35,219 nucleotides of DNA from a virus (lineage: Duplodnaviria; Caudoviricetes). The translations under genes and the position numbers were made by a program. Position 1 is the stretch's first letter. Each line of letters begins with the position of its first letter. The stretch is from the IMG/VR virus record IMGVR_UViG_3300004241_000316, positions 1 to 35,219 of that record; one strand, given 5' to 3'. This document shows, in pieces, positions 1 through 7,758 of this stretch. The notes beneath the pieces were generated by a model, which was not told the origin of the DNA, did not search any database, and worked only from the letters and a program-made list of their open reading frames with translations.

Positions 1-63
1 CTCATTATCCGCCTCATTTATGGCACGTTCTGTCATTCCCATTTTACTAATAAATAATGTCAA
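1..63 (-). CDS. Hypothetical protein, 5' part only (runs off the window edge)
   Basis: TTG start at 61-63 with GAGGTGG SD upstream. The frame is open to the edge (MTLFISKMGMTERAINEADNE...). A promoter lies at 101-129. Confidence 0.5.
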   Translation of the reverse strand, partial: MTLFISKMGMTERAINEADNE

Positions 64-100
64 TCGTTCCACCTCATGTCTCATATGTATTTTAATGTAT

Positions 101-129
101 ATTATACAACATATTCCCATATGGGTAAA
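101..129 (-). promoter_or_regulatory. sigmaA-type promoter with palindromic operator
   Basis: TTTACC-N17-TATAAT on the minus strand. Perfect palindrome CCCATATGGG (116-125) overlaps the spacer and -35. Confidence 0.55.
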
Positions 130-275
130 TACTTTTCAAAATAATTGTAAAATTATCAAATTATTGGCATAATTTTCGTCAATTTTTGGGCGTTATGAGT
201 TGGCAGCAACAGCTATAGGCTCCTGTCTAGCATCTATAGTTTATGTTTTAATAATAAAAAGGAGGGTAGCTTCAC

Positions 276-689
276 TTAATCGCTACTCTCTCCATTTTTA
301 CTTAACTTCTCAAATTCCTCTCCATACATAGCCATAACAGCCTTGTCAACCATTCTCCCCATTGCAATATGTTTTTCAGCCGAAAGCTTACGGAGGTTTG
401 CCAAGATTTTTATGTCCAATGTTAGGTTGACTCTCTCCCTAGTTACAAGATCGGATTCTATTTCTCCCATATTCTCAAACTCAGCTTCGTATTCTTTCAT
501 ATTTAGATTTTTATTAGCCCATGCCTGAGCTTCTTCATCAGTAAGTGGAGCTATTCGTTTAACTTTGGCTGAGTATGAGTATAAGAAGTATGCGCCTTTA
601 GTGTTTTTATATAGTTCGTGGGTTTTGCTACTCCCGATAAGCTTTGATGTAGCTGTGTTATAAACTCGCCCCTTAATTACTTTCCTCAA
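276..689 (-). CDS. Phage hypothetical protein with C-terminal ribbon-helix-helix DNA-binding domain
   Basis: 137-aa ORF with GAGGAGG SD and TTG start. The C-terminus RERVNLTLDIKILANLRKLSAEKHIAMGRMVDKAV has the beta-alpha-alpha RHH pattern. Confidence 0.75.
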   Translation of the reverse strand: MRKVIKGRVYNTATSKLIGSSKTHELYKNTKGAYFLYSYSAKVKRIAPLTDEEAQAWANKNLNMKEYEAEFENMGEIESDLVTRERVNLTLDIKILANLRKLSAEKHIAMGRMVDKAVMAMYGEEFEKLSKNGESSD

Positions 690-783
690 TAATATCCCTC
701 CTCAATTTGCTACTAAATCATCCCCTAATTATTCGCTGTTTTCTTATCAACTCCTGCTAATGGGTAGGATAACCTACCAATTG

Positions 784-1035
784 TTATGGTAAACAATACC
801 TTGTTTCTACATATCTCAATTTATTATCGTTAAACAATACCACTAATTCATGATTTTCAGAGTCACAACGAAAAACACATGCAGTTAATACTTCTTTTGG
901 TACACCCCTTTCGCATCCTGTGTTTTGTCTTTTAAAAGTGTAGATATTGTCTTTAAATATTACTTTTGTTTTGTTCCTGATTTCGGGATGTTCAAATATT
1001 TCTTCTACACTTTTGAATTCCAGTACTGAATTCAT
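784..1035 (-). CDS. Hypothetical protein
   Basis: 83-aa ORF with AAGGAGG SD, co-directional with neighbours. Confidence 0.75.
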   Translation of the reverse strand: MNSVLEFKSVEEIFEHPEIRNKTKVIFKDNIYTFKRQNTGCERGVPKEVLTACVFRCDSENHELVVLFNDNKLRYVETRYCLP

Positions 1036-1111
1036 AGTATCCCTCCTTGTAATAGGTTGAGCGGAACCGGATTGCTCCGGCTCGGCTGACTTCCTGACAA
1101 TTTCCCTTGCA

Positions 1112-1708
1112 CTATGCGTACCAACTGCAACTTATTGGTTTTCCATCCCATCTACCGATACTGCCATATTCAGATTTAATATAAGGTTTGCCGCCATACC
1201 ATCTTATACGCTTTATTATAGGTTCCTCAATATATTCGCCTAGACTTGGTGTTACATGTCCACTCATAAGCCCTGTGGCATCTACAATATCTTTGTCAAT
1301 TTCTCTTATTACTATTGTACTTGCCGACCTGACTTCTATAACCTCATAAAAGTCGATGTTTGTCTGTTCGTAACCCCAAGAATCATAAAGTATGTCACCT
1401 GGCTTATATGGTACTGTTGATAAAGCTGGAGCTTTACGCTTGTTTTTTCGCTCTTGATTATACTCAATATTATCTTTTTGTTCTTTTAGATACTTGTCGA
1501 TGTACTCTTGCATTTTTTCTGCTGATTCAAATTTATAATGCCATGTTGGTTTACCTGCTGTACCTTTAAAGGCTATAGCTTCTAACTTATCTGGCTGAGT
1601 TCCGATTGTGCAATTATATTCTGGATATTCCTGCACTACAAACCCTTTTAAAAATATTTCTCTTACTTTCTGCCTATTTTCGGCAGTACTTAAGCTTACT
1701 CCGTACAT
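1112..1708 (-). CDS. Conserved phage hypothetical protein (SWGYEQTNIDFY motif)
   Basis: 198-aa ORF with AGGAGG SD. The GDILYDSWGYEQTNIDFYEV motif is recalled from phage/plasmid hypotheticals. Confidence 0.8.
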   Translation of the reverse strand: MYGVSLSTAENRQKVREIFLKGFVVQEYPEYNCTIGTQPDKLEAIAFKGTAGKPTWHYKFESAEKMQEYIDKYLKEQKDNIEYNQERKNKRKAPALSTVPYKPGDILYDSWGYEQTNIDFYEVIEVRSASTIVIREIDKDIVDATGLMSGHVTPSLGEYIEEPIIKRIRWYGGKPYIKSEYGSIGRWDGKPISCSWYA

Positions 1709-1734
1709 AATATGTATCCCTCCTAAATATATAA

Positions 1735-1848
1735 TTGATACTTAGAGAGGATATAAGCTATAATATATATTGCCTATATCCTCTCTTGACGGTTGGGTTT
1801 AGGGTTTAGTCTCCGGTTGACTGTGGTAAGTTGCCGGAGGCTATTTTT
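1735..1848 (+). ncRNA. Candidate ~75-nt antisense small RNA unit (promoter plus terminator, no ORF)
   Basis: TTGATA-N18-TATAAT (1735-1764). G-U-containing hairpin 1807-1843 followed by TTTTT on the + strand. Antisense to the leftward operon. Confidence 0.5.
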
Positions 1849-2224
1849 CTTTTTCTGCGATTACGCTGGCATCTAGTAGCCAGTAAATACATGTATCTCT
1901 GTCGTCAAATTCCTCAGTCCATGCTTCACGGTCTTGGTTGTCGATACCGATATACTTTCCACCGTCCTTTTGGATAAACAGTCCTAATGGTTTTCTAGTA
2001 TCAATTATGCTAAGTGCTTGCTCTTGATTGATTTCTTGAATTACTCCTGCCTCTAGCAAGTGCTTAATACATGCATCAATGATTTTCTTGCTATTTTTGA
2101 GCTGCTCCTGTAGGTATTTTATTTTGCTCTTTTTCATAGTAGGCAATTTGATGTTCGTGCTATTCTCCATTTGCAATCCCTCCTTTCCCAATACTACATG
2201 CAAGCCTCCTTTCAATACTTGCAC
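1841..2224 (-). CDS. Hypothetical protein (true start may be ATG at 2170)
   Basis: 127-aa ORF. GGAAAGGAGG SD precedes the internal MENSTN start. Confidence 0.7.
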   Translation of the reverse strand: MQVLKGGLHVVLGKEGLQMENSTNIKLPTMKKSKIKYLQEQLKNSKKIIDACIKHLLEAGVIQEINQEQALSIIDTRKPLGLFIQKDGGKYIGIDNQDREAWTEEFDDRDTCIYWLLDASVIAEKEK

Positions 2225-2234
2225 CGCTCCCAGC

Positions 2235-2537
2235 CTAAAGCCTGTTTATACTCGCTGGGACGAGTTTTGAGGAAGTTAAAGAGTGGATAGCGTTTAACGC
2301 TGATGTCATGTATTTTCCACTTTGCCACGAGAGCACAACTTCTGTTTTACTGTTTTCGGTTTTTTCGTACATGTTTGGATAAGTAGCCAGAACTCTTTCA
2401 CCGTCGCTTACTCTTTCAAATAATACTTCTGTCTGCATATGTGCATCTATTACCTTGTAATCATAGCCGTTGTCGTTATGGAGAACTTCTCCATTCTGGA
2501 ACCAATGAGTTAACCTTTTATATGACATAATCAACAC
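2235..2537 (-). CDS. Hypothetical protein (start probably ATG 2528)
   Basis: 100-aa ORF with AAGGAGTG SD, tightly packed in the operon. Confidence 0.7.
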   Translation of the reverse strand: MLIMSYKRLTHWFQNGEVLHNDNGYDYKVIDAHMQTEVLFERVSDGERVLATYPNMYEKTENSKTEVVLSWQSGKYMTSALNAIHSLTSSKLVPASINRL

Positions 2538-2542
2538 TCCTT

Positions 2543-2881
2543 TTAATATTCTCTAGTTGAGTAACTTTTCAACACCTTTGCATTACTTGGTTTTCTCTTT
2601 ATGTCCCCATCATAGGAACAGAACACATTAAATGCAGCCCTACAGCCTTCAAGTTTAAAATATACTCCGGTTTCAAGTACGTCTACATTTACATGTTCTA
2701 ACTTGCTGTCGCTTGTCATTAAAAAGTTCCTGTATTCCGCTTTACGAAGTTGCTCTAATTTGTTATCTTCGAGATTTTGGATAAAATGTTTTACATGGAT
2801 GCTATTAATTGTTTCACCGTTCCTTATGTTCTTTACTGCCCAAACTCTTTCGATTTGTTTATTTTCAAACATATTCAACAC
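2543..2881 (-). CDS. Hypothetical protein, first gene of leftward operon (start probably ATG 2872)
   Basis: 112-aa ORF with AAGGAGTG SD. Confidence 0.7.
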   Translation of the reverse strand: MLNMFENKQIERVWAVKNIRNGETINSIHVKHFIQNLEDNKLEQLRKAEYRNFLMTSDSKLEHVNVDVLETGVYFKLEGCRAAFNVFCSYDGDIKRKPSNAKVLKSYSTREY

Positions 2882-3063
2882 TCCTTAAAGTTATTTACTA
2901 TGTGCAAACCAGCCTGCTCTATCGCTCCCTCTATCCTGCTTTCGCTTCGAGGTATATTTGGCTAATGCCAATTCATCAAGCAAGCTGTGCTATTAAGTTT
3001 TCATGGTTCTGTTTTAGCCATTGGTTCGCCTTGTCCGGTAGGGTTTCCCATTCAGCCACTTTA

Positions 3064-3092
3064 AATATACATCATCTTATGTACATAGTAAA
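3064..3092 (-). promoter_or_regulatory. Leftward sigmaA-type promoter
   Basis: TTTACT-N17-TATATT on the minus strand, with palindrome TATGTACATA at 3078-3087. Confidence 0.5.
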
Positions 3093-3223
3093 AACAATAA
3101 AAATATGAAAAAGTGACAAATAACCATAAAAAAATAAACAGTATCGTATTTACTAAATAATACATAAATTATCTCCATATATATACATTTTGCATATATA
3201 AACGTTTTATGAACATAACATAA

Positions 3224-3282
3224 ACCGTTGAAAAGTTTACCGTTTTCATACCGTTTACAACTTTTTAGGGGAGATGTATAAT
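3224..3282 (+). promoter_or_regulatory. Rightward (late) promoter with upstream ACCGTT direct repeats
   Basis: TTTACA(3254-3259)-N17-TATAAT(3277-3282). ACCGTT occurs at 3224, 3239 and 3250. Confidence 0.7.
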
Positions 3283-3304
3283 AGAATTAGATAAATAAAA
3301 TATT

Positions 3305-3340
3305 TAGTACAGGTTCACTCCAGAGCCTGTACTATTTTTT
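3305..3340 (+). terminator. Intrinsic terminator/attenuator just downstream of the late promoter
   Basis: 12-bp stem TAGTACAGGTTC/GAGCCTGTACTA, 6-nt loop, then TTTTTT. Confidence 0.65.
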
Positions 3341-3455
3341 ATATGGTTGCTGTTTTAATTGGTAGATTGGGAGTTTTCTCATATATAGCTGTGGGTGGGA
3401 GCTGGAGCATGGCAGTCTTTAATGATTGCTATTATTTTTAGGCAGGTGAAAACAT

Positions 3456-3668
3456 GTGATAAGGTTAGAAATAGCAGAGGACCGGAAACGCATCTTACAA
3501 ATTGCACTAAGCGAATATATTGGCAATATGCTTGACTATGCTAAGAAAGGTGCAGATGAAGGAGACTGTTCGGCATATAAACCATGTCAAAACGCTGCTG
3601 AGATTGCGGACGGAATATTAAAGGAGCTTGACTGTGATTTACTTCCGCAAGGCTGGGAGAGATGGTAA
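3456..3668 (+). CDS. Hypothetical protein
   Basis: 70-aa ORF with AGGTGA SD and GTG start. Confidence 0.7.
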   Translation: MIRLEIAEDRKRILQIALSEYIGNMLDYAKKGADEGDCSAYKPCQNAAEIADGILKELDCDLLPQGWERW

Positions 3669-3696
3669 GGCTATAAAATTTAGAAGGTGAAAAGAT

Positions 3697-4446
3697 ATGA
3701 GCGATAAGTTAGAAGAATTAGCAGGCTTAGAGCATGAACAGTGGGCGTATTGGACAAAGTACATGTTAGATAATCTAACGCCTGAGAATGTAGATAGATG
3801 GGAAAGACAAATAGATACCCCATATAACGAGTTAAACGAAAAAGAAAAGGAATCTGACAGGAAGTGGGCAAGAAAGGCAATAGAAATACTAGGACGGGAA
3901 GTAAGGCAGGTGAAAGATATGAGCGACAATATAAAACAGGATACAGAAAACAGTATCTATATAGAAAATATAGACAAGAAATTAAAATATAATGGCAGTA
4001 TCACTGATAATAAAGCATATAAATTGTGTTTATTAGGTGCAACTGATAAGGAAATGGCTGAAATTATTGGAATTACTGAGTCAACTTTAAATGAGTGGAA
4101 GAAACAATATCCTAGTTTATCGGAGTCCATAAAAAGGGGCAAACGGGATGCAGATGCAGAGGTCGCAGAAAGCCTTTTTAAGAAAGCAACGGGCAAATGT
4201 ACTACCACAGAAGTAAAACGTGCTGTAGACGAAAATGGCAAGACTACAGAGAGCACTACAGTAAAAGAAAACATGCCTGATACATTAGCGGCTATGTACT
4301 GGCTTAACAACCGTAATCCTGACAGGTGGAAGCAGAAGCAGGAAATAGACCATAATGTTAGTGTAAAAACCCTCACGATATTACCTCCAGAGGAAGATGT
4401 TAAAGAGCTGCAAGAGGCAGAAGAACCGAAATTAATAGAAGAATAG
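3697..4446 (+). CDS. terS: Terminase small subunit (HTH) with in-frame N-terminal RyR-repeat-like domain; second start at 3919
   Basis: GATDKEMAEIIGITESTLNEWKKQYPSLSESIKRGK HTH and YWLNNRNPDRWK motifs are typical of phage TerS. The N-terminus has HEQW...TPYNELNEKEKESDR. Confidence 0.8.
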   Translation: MSDKLEELAGLEHEQWAYWTKYMLDNLTPENVDRWERQIDTPYNELNEKEKESDRKWARKAIEILGREVRQVKDMSDNIKQDTENSIYIENIDKKLKYNGSITDNKAYKLCLLGATDKEMAEIIGITESTLNEWKKQYPSLSESIKRGKRDADAEVAESLFKKATGKCTTTEVKRAVDENGKTTESTTVKENMPDTLAAMYWLNNRNPDRWKQKQEIDHNVSVKTLTILPPEEDVKELQEAEEPKLIEE

Positions 4447-4934
4447 TAGAATTGGAAATAGGTTCAAAAATAACTTTGGCTAATTTACTGGGTTTAGTGA
4501 CATAGCTTCACTGTACCAATACAAGAAATGTTGAAACAAAAATGGAAATTGAAGTAGACATAATAAAAATGCATTTAAGAATCAAGTAATTGCAACGGTT
4601 AGAAGGGCATTGCACGAAACCTCTGTTTCGCGCAGAATTTTTTAAATTCAAAATTCAAGGCTTTTCAGGGTTTAATCATATAAAGGGAGGACAAGCCCAA
4701 GGCTGGATTATACATATAATATCGGAGCCGTCGGCAACCTTCCTTTATTTTTTATGTGTGTACCTGTGCATTTTTACCTGGGTGCATGTTGGGTATGCAT
4801 ATGCGACGTGGTACGGAACGCAGGAGGGGGGGGCAGGCAGGTACGGGAAATTTTTTTACCTCCGCATACTATTCAAAATGTACCGCCGAAAACAAAAGAC
4901 TTTTTTCTCATCTGTTAAATAATAGGAGGCAAGT

Positions 4935-5111
4935 ATGACAGACAAAGAAAAAGTAAGCAAAGCAGAATGGAATGGTTCTGATAATTGTCCTTATTGTGGT
5001 TGTGCGTATAAAGACTTGTTTTACGACATTGTTCAAGAGGATGATGGAAGTATCTATGATGTAGTTGATTGTCCGAAGTGCGGCAGGAGACTCTATTATG
5101 AAGAATATTAG
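4935..5111 (+). CDS. Small zinc-ribbon protein (58 aa, below ORF-track cutoff)
   Basis: AGGAGG SD. Translation MTDKEKVSKAEWNGSDNCPYCGCAY...VVDCPKCGRRLYYEEY has two CxxC pairs. Confidence 0.75.
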   Translation: MTDKEKVSKAEWNGSDNCPYCGCAYKDLFYDIVQEDDGSIYDVVDCPKCGRRLYYEEY

Positions 5112-5129
5112 GGGTATAAAGATGAAAAC

Positions 5130-5300
5130 ATGTTCTTAAAAAAACAAATGCCATCAGGATATGGCGTGTATGGATATGAATACAGGAATATAATTAGCGG
5201 TAGAATAGTGGCTCTTGAAGTTAAAGATATAGGTCCGGTTCCTGTTATTCCTGCCAAAATAAAAAAAGGTAAGGTACATTCTGAAAAAAACGTGACGTAA
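5130..5300 (+). CDS. Possible small hypothetical protein (56 aa)
   Basis: Open frame MFLKKQMPSGYGVYGYEYRNII... directly after the zinc-ribbon gene; weak SD. Confidence 0.3.
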   Translation: MFLKKQMPSGYGVYGYEYRNIISGRIVALEVKDIGPVPVIPAKIKKGKVHSEKNVT

Positions 5301-5327
5301 AGGAGTTGGCAAAAGGAGTGATAAATA

Positions 5328-5774
5328 CTAAACATCTTTTTCCGTTTTTTCTGTAATTTGTGATGCTATATCAGCTATTTTATCAATGTTTTTATGTAGA
5401 CTCTTACTTGCTTGATTCATATAATTCATGTTACTCTCGATAATATCTTTCATTATTACTGTTATTGTAATACAGAGAAGAGCTAAGATTGACATTATAT
5501 AAATAATTCCAAATGCTATTTTTAAAATATTAAAAAGTCCTATAGGATCAAACTTTCCGGTATAGGTACTAATGATGTTATTAATGAACGTTAGAGAAAC
5601 AAAATCAAAAAGACATAATACTCCTAAGAAAAGGCAATACACAGAATAAAAACCTTCTTTACGCTTTTTACCAAGGAAAAATCTGCTTAATACTGCAACT
5701 ACAATACTTGCCATTATTGATGAGCATATTCCTACAAACCAGTTATTACTTAAAATTGCTGTCATAACATACAC
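5328..5774 (-). CDS. Membrane protein (about 3 TM segments), moron-like
   Basis: 148 aa with three long hydrophobic stretches, very AT-rich. Own promoter TTGATT-N16-TAGTAT with extended TG at 5809-5836 (minus strand). Confidence 0.75.
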   Translation of the reverse strand: MYVMTAILSNNWFVGICSSIMASIVVAVLSRFFLGKKRKEGFYSVYCLFLGVLCLFDFVSLTFINNIISTYTGKFDPIGLFNILKIAFGIIYIMSILALLCITITVIMKDIIESNMNYMNQASKSLHKNIDKIADIASQITEKTEKDV

Positions 5775-5974
5775 CAGCCTCTATAGCATTTCTATTGAAT
5801 ATACTTAAATACTACCATAATAAGTTAATAAATCAATACTAAAAATTTGAAAAGAATATGCAGCTCAAAACAAAGCTGTGGGGAAAATGGTAAAATTGAT
5901 ACAAAAAATTTCACAAAAAAATGCGTAAAAAATGCAACTAAAAGAATAAGTTTATTTCTTTACCGATGTGTCAA

Positions 5975-6592
5975 TCAAACTATTTTTTTAGAACTGTATT
6001 GTTTATATTCTTCAATACAGTTGCAAAGTACCCCAGAAATAACATATGGCAATGTAGTTATCTTTAAAAGCATTTCTAATTTATTATTATTATATGGTGA
6101 TAATAGCATGTTACTCCAAAATTGACTGCTGAAAATTGATAAGCTGAAATCAAAATTGTAAGAAGTCAGAAAAGATAAAGCCAATAAGATAATAAAGATT
6201 GTATTGACGATGGAAAGTGATATTTTGTAACTTTCATACTCGAATTTATTTATGCCATATAACCATGAAAATATAGTAGTAAATGTAAAAACAAAAATAC
6301 CTAAATTATTCAAATAACCTGCAGTTGAGGGAACTCTTATCATTATGAAATGAGCAACAAATGCGTACAAAAAATAATAGACTATTGGAGCAATAATAAT
6401 CCAAGATATTGGGAAAAACAGACTAATTGACCGATTTATGAATTGTTCCCAAATTTCTAATAAGATATAGAGTGCCATGAGAGTTAAACATATTTTAATT
6501 ATTTGTAATACCTCAGAAAACACAAAACATAAAATGAAAGTACAAAATAGTGTAACAAATAAAAAAACATAATTTGGACTACGCTTTTTCAT
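5975..6592 (-). CDS. Polytopic membrane protein (about 6 TM segments), moron-like
   Basis: 205 aa, strongly hydrophobic, very AT-rich, antisense to the late operon. Confidence 0.75.
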   Translation of the reverse strand: MKKRSPNYVFLFVTLFCTFILCFVFSEVLQIIKICLTLMALYILLEIWEQFINRSISLFFPISWIIIAPIVYYFLYAFVAHFIMIRVPSTAGYLNNLGIFVFTFTTIFSWLYGINKFEYESYKISLSIVNTIFIILLALSFLTSYNFDFSLSIFSSQFWSNMLLSPYNNNKLEMLLKITTLPYVISGVLCNCIEEYKQYSSKKIV

Positions 6593-6701
6593 ATAATTTC
6601 AACCCTTCATATAAATAGTATTTTAATTATAACGTACTTTGTAAAAAAACGGTAGTTTTAAATTACTATGACGCTTAAAAGTGTGTAATTTATGACGTAT
6701 T

Positions 6702-7052
6702 CCATACGCAATGAGACACTGGAATGAGCATCCTGACAGAATCCTATTGGCTGCTGAAAGGTTGAAGCAAATCCTCCATACCTTGAAGAAACACGCACGT
6801 CCCATGTAAAACAACAGTACCAAATGAAATACTTAAGGAAGGAGAGCATATTGAACTCATGAAAGTATTGCCGCAGCATCCGGGACCGGTAGTTATATCC
6901 GGGTATGAATCTGCATTGCACAAAGAAATGCTTGAGGATAGAGGCTGGAATGAAATGAAGGTCAGAACAATGACCAAAGCGGAGCAGCACGGCAAGAAGT
7001 AATTTGGATGAATTATGACTCGCCGGTAGAGCAGCTACAAATTACAATATGA
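6702..7052 (+). pseudogene. dam: Degraded Dam/D12-class DNA adenine methyltransferase (3' fragment)
   Basis: Reading across frameshifts gives WNEHPDRILLAAERLKQ / PPYLEETR / HIELMKVLPQHPGPVVISGYESAL / RQEVIWMNY. The N-terminus and the segment before (D)PPY are missing. Confidence 0.8.
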
Positions 7053-7070
7053 CACATAACAATACGTAGC

Positions 7071-7101
7071 AAATAAAATAGCACCTTTTCAGGTGCCTAT
7101 T
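7071..7101 (-). terminator. Intrinsic terminator
   Basis: Minus strand GCACCT-GAAA-AGGTGC followed by TATTTTATTT. Confidence 0.6.
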
Positions 7102-7171
7102 ACAAGTGAACAAGATGTCTGCATTTTTATATTTATCATTATTAAGCTTGTGTGAATCAGTAACCTTTCGG

Positions 7172-7246
7172 TTACCTTTTCGCACTAAACACTGTAAGTG
7201 CAATAATTGCAACGATACAGAAGCTTAAAAAGATGCACAGCGTCAT
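7172..7246 (-). CDS. 24-aa hydrophobic peptide
   Basis: GAGGTG SD, ATG, MTLCIFLSFCIVAIIALTVFSAKR*. TATAAT at 7280-7285 upstream; hairpins downstream. Confidence 0.5.
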   Translation of the reverse strand: MTLCIFLSFCIVAIIALTVFSAKR

Positions 7247-7358
7247 CTTGCCCACCTCGTTCCATATTAAGTTATCAATATTATATGAGTTCATCATAAA
7301 TTTATACATTAAGCATGATACATTCCAAACCGTATTAAAGGGTAGAGATTCCCAAAAG

Positions 7359-7583
7359 CTACAGCTTTCGGAAGTCCCTGATTATTTGAGATAACAGAAC
7401 TGCTATGTAAGTAACAAAAATTATGATTGCTATAACAAATAACCTGACAACCCACTGCAACATGAAACTGCTACTGAGTACAAATTGGCAGAATTTATCT
7501 ACCAAAGGTTCAAACAGCTCAGCAACAAGCGCAGATAATACTAAAGAGAATGGTTGAGACGTTTTGCAAGTTAGGTTTCTCAT
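7359..7583 (-). CDS. Small membrane protein (74 aa), type I toxin-like or moron
   Basis: AGAAAGGAG SD, hydrophobic C-terminal helix with basic tail, dedicated promoter at 7682-7710. Confidence 0.7.
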   Translation of the reverse strand: MRNLTCKTSQPFSLVLSALVAELFEPLVDKFCQFVLSSSFMLQWVVRLFVIAIIIFVTYIAVLLSQIIRDFRKL

Positions 7584-7681
7584 ATGATTACTCCTTTCTT
7601 GCGGAGGTTTTTACCTCCGACTTGTCTCACTCCTTTCTGGATTTGATTTTCTCTATAGTAGGGTTATCTCTACCCAAAAAC

Positions 7682-7710
7682 ATTATACAAGAGTTAGCAA
7701 ATAATGTAAA
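7682..7710 (-). promoter_or_regulatory. sigmaA-type promoter
   Basis: TTTACA-N17-TATAAT on the minus strand. Confidence 0.7.
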
Positions 7711-7758
7711 TCATTATGACGCATTACAAGATTTATGTGATTGTAAAGGGTGTGTTAA

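Noticed and set aside
2970-2980. Hammerhead ribozyme suggested by UUGAUGA on the minus strand
   Set aside because: The core is not CUGANGA, and no GAAA follows the adjacent stem in the required position.
4590-4938. ORFs 4590-4922 and 4756-4938
   Set aside because: No clear SD and atypical composition; they span the GC-rich putative cis site and are more likely non-coding.
6623-6995. Three overlapping minus-strand ORFs
   Set aside because: The region is better explained by the + strand methylase pseudogene.
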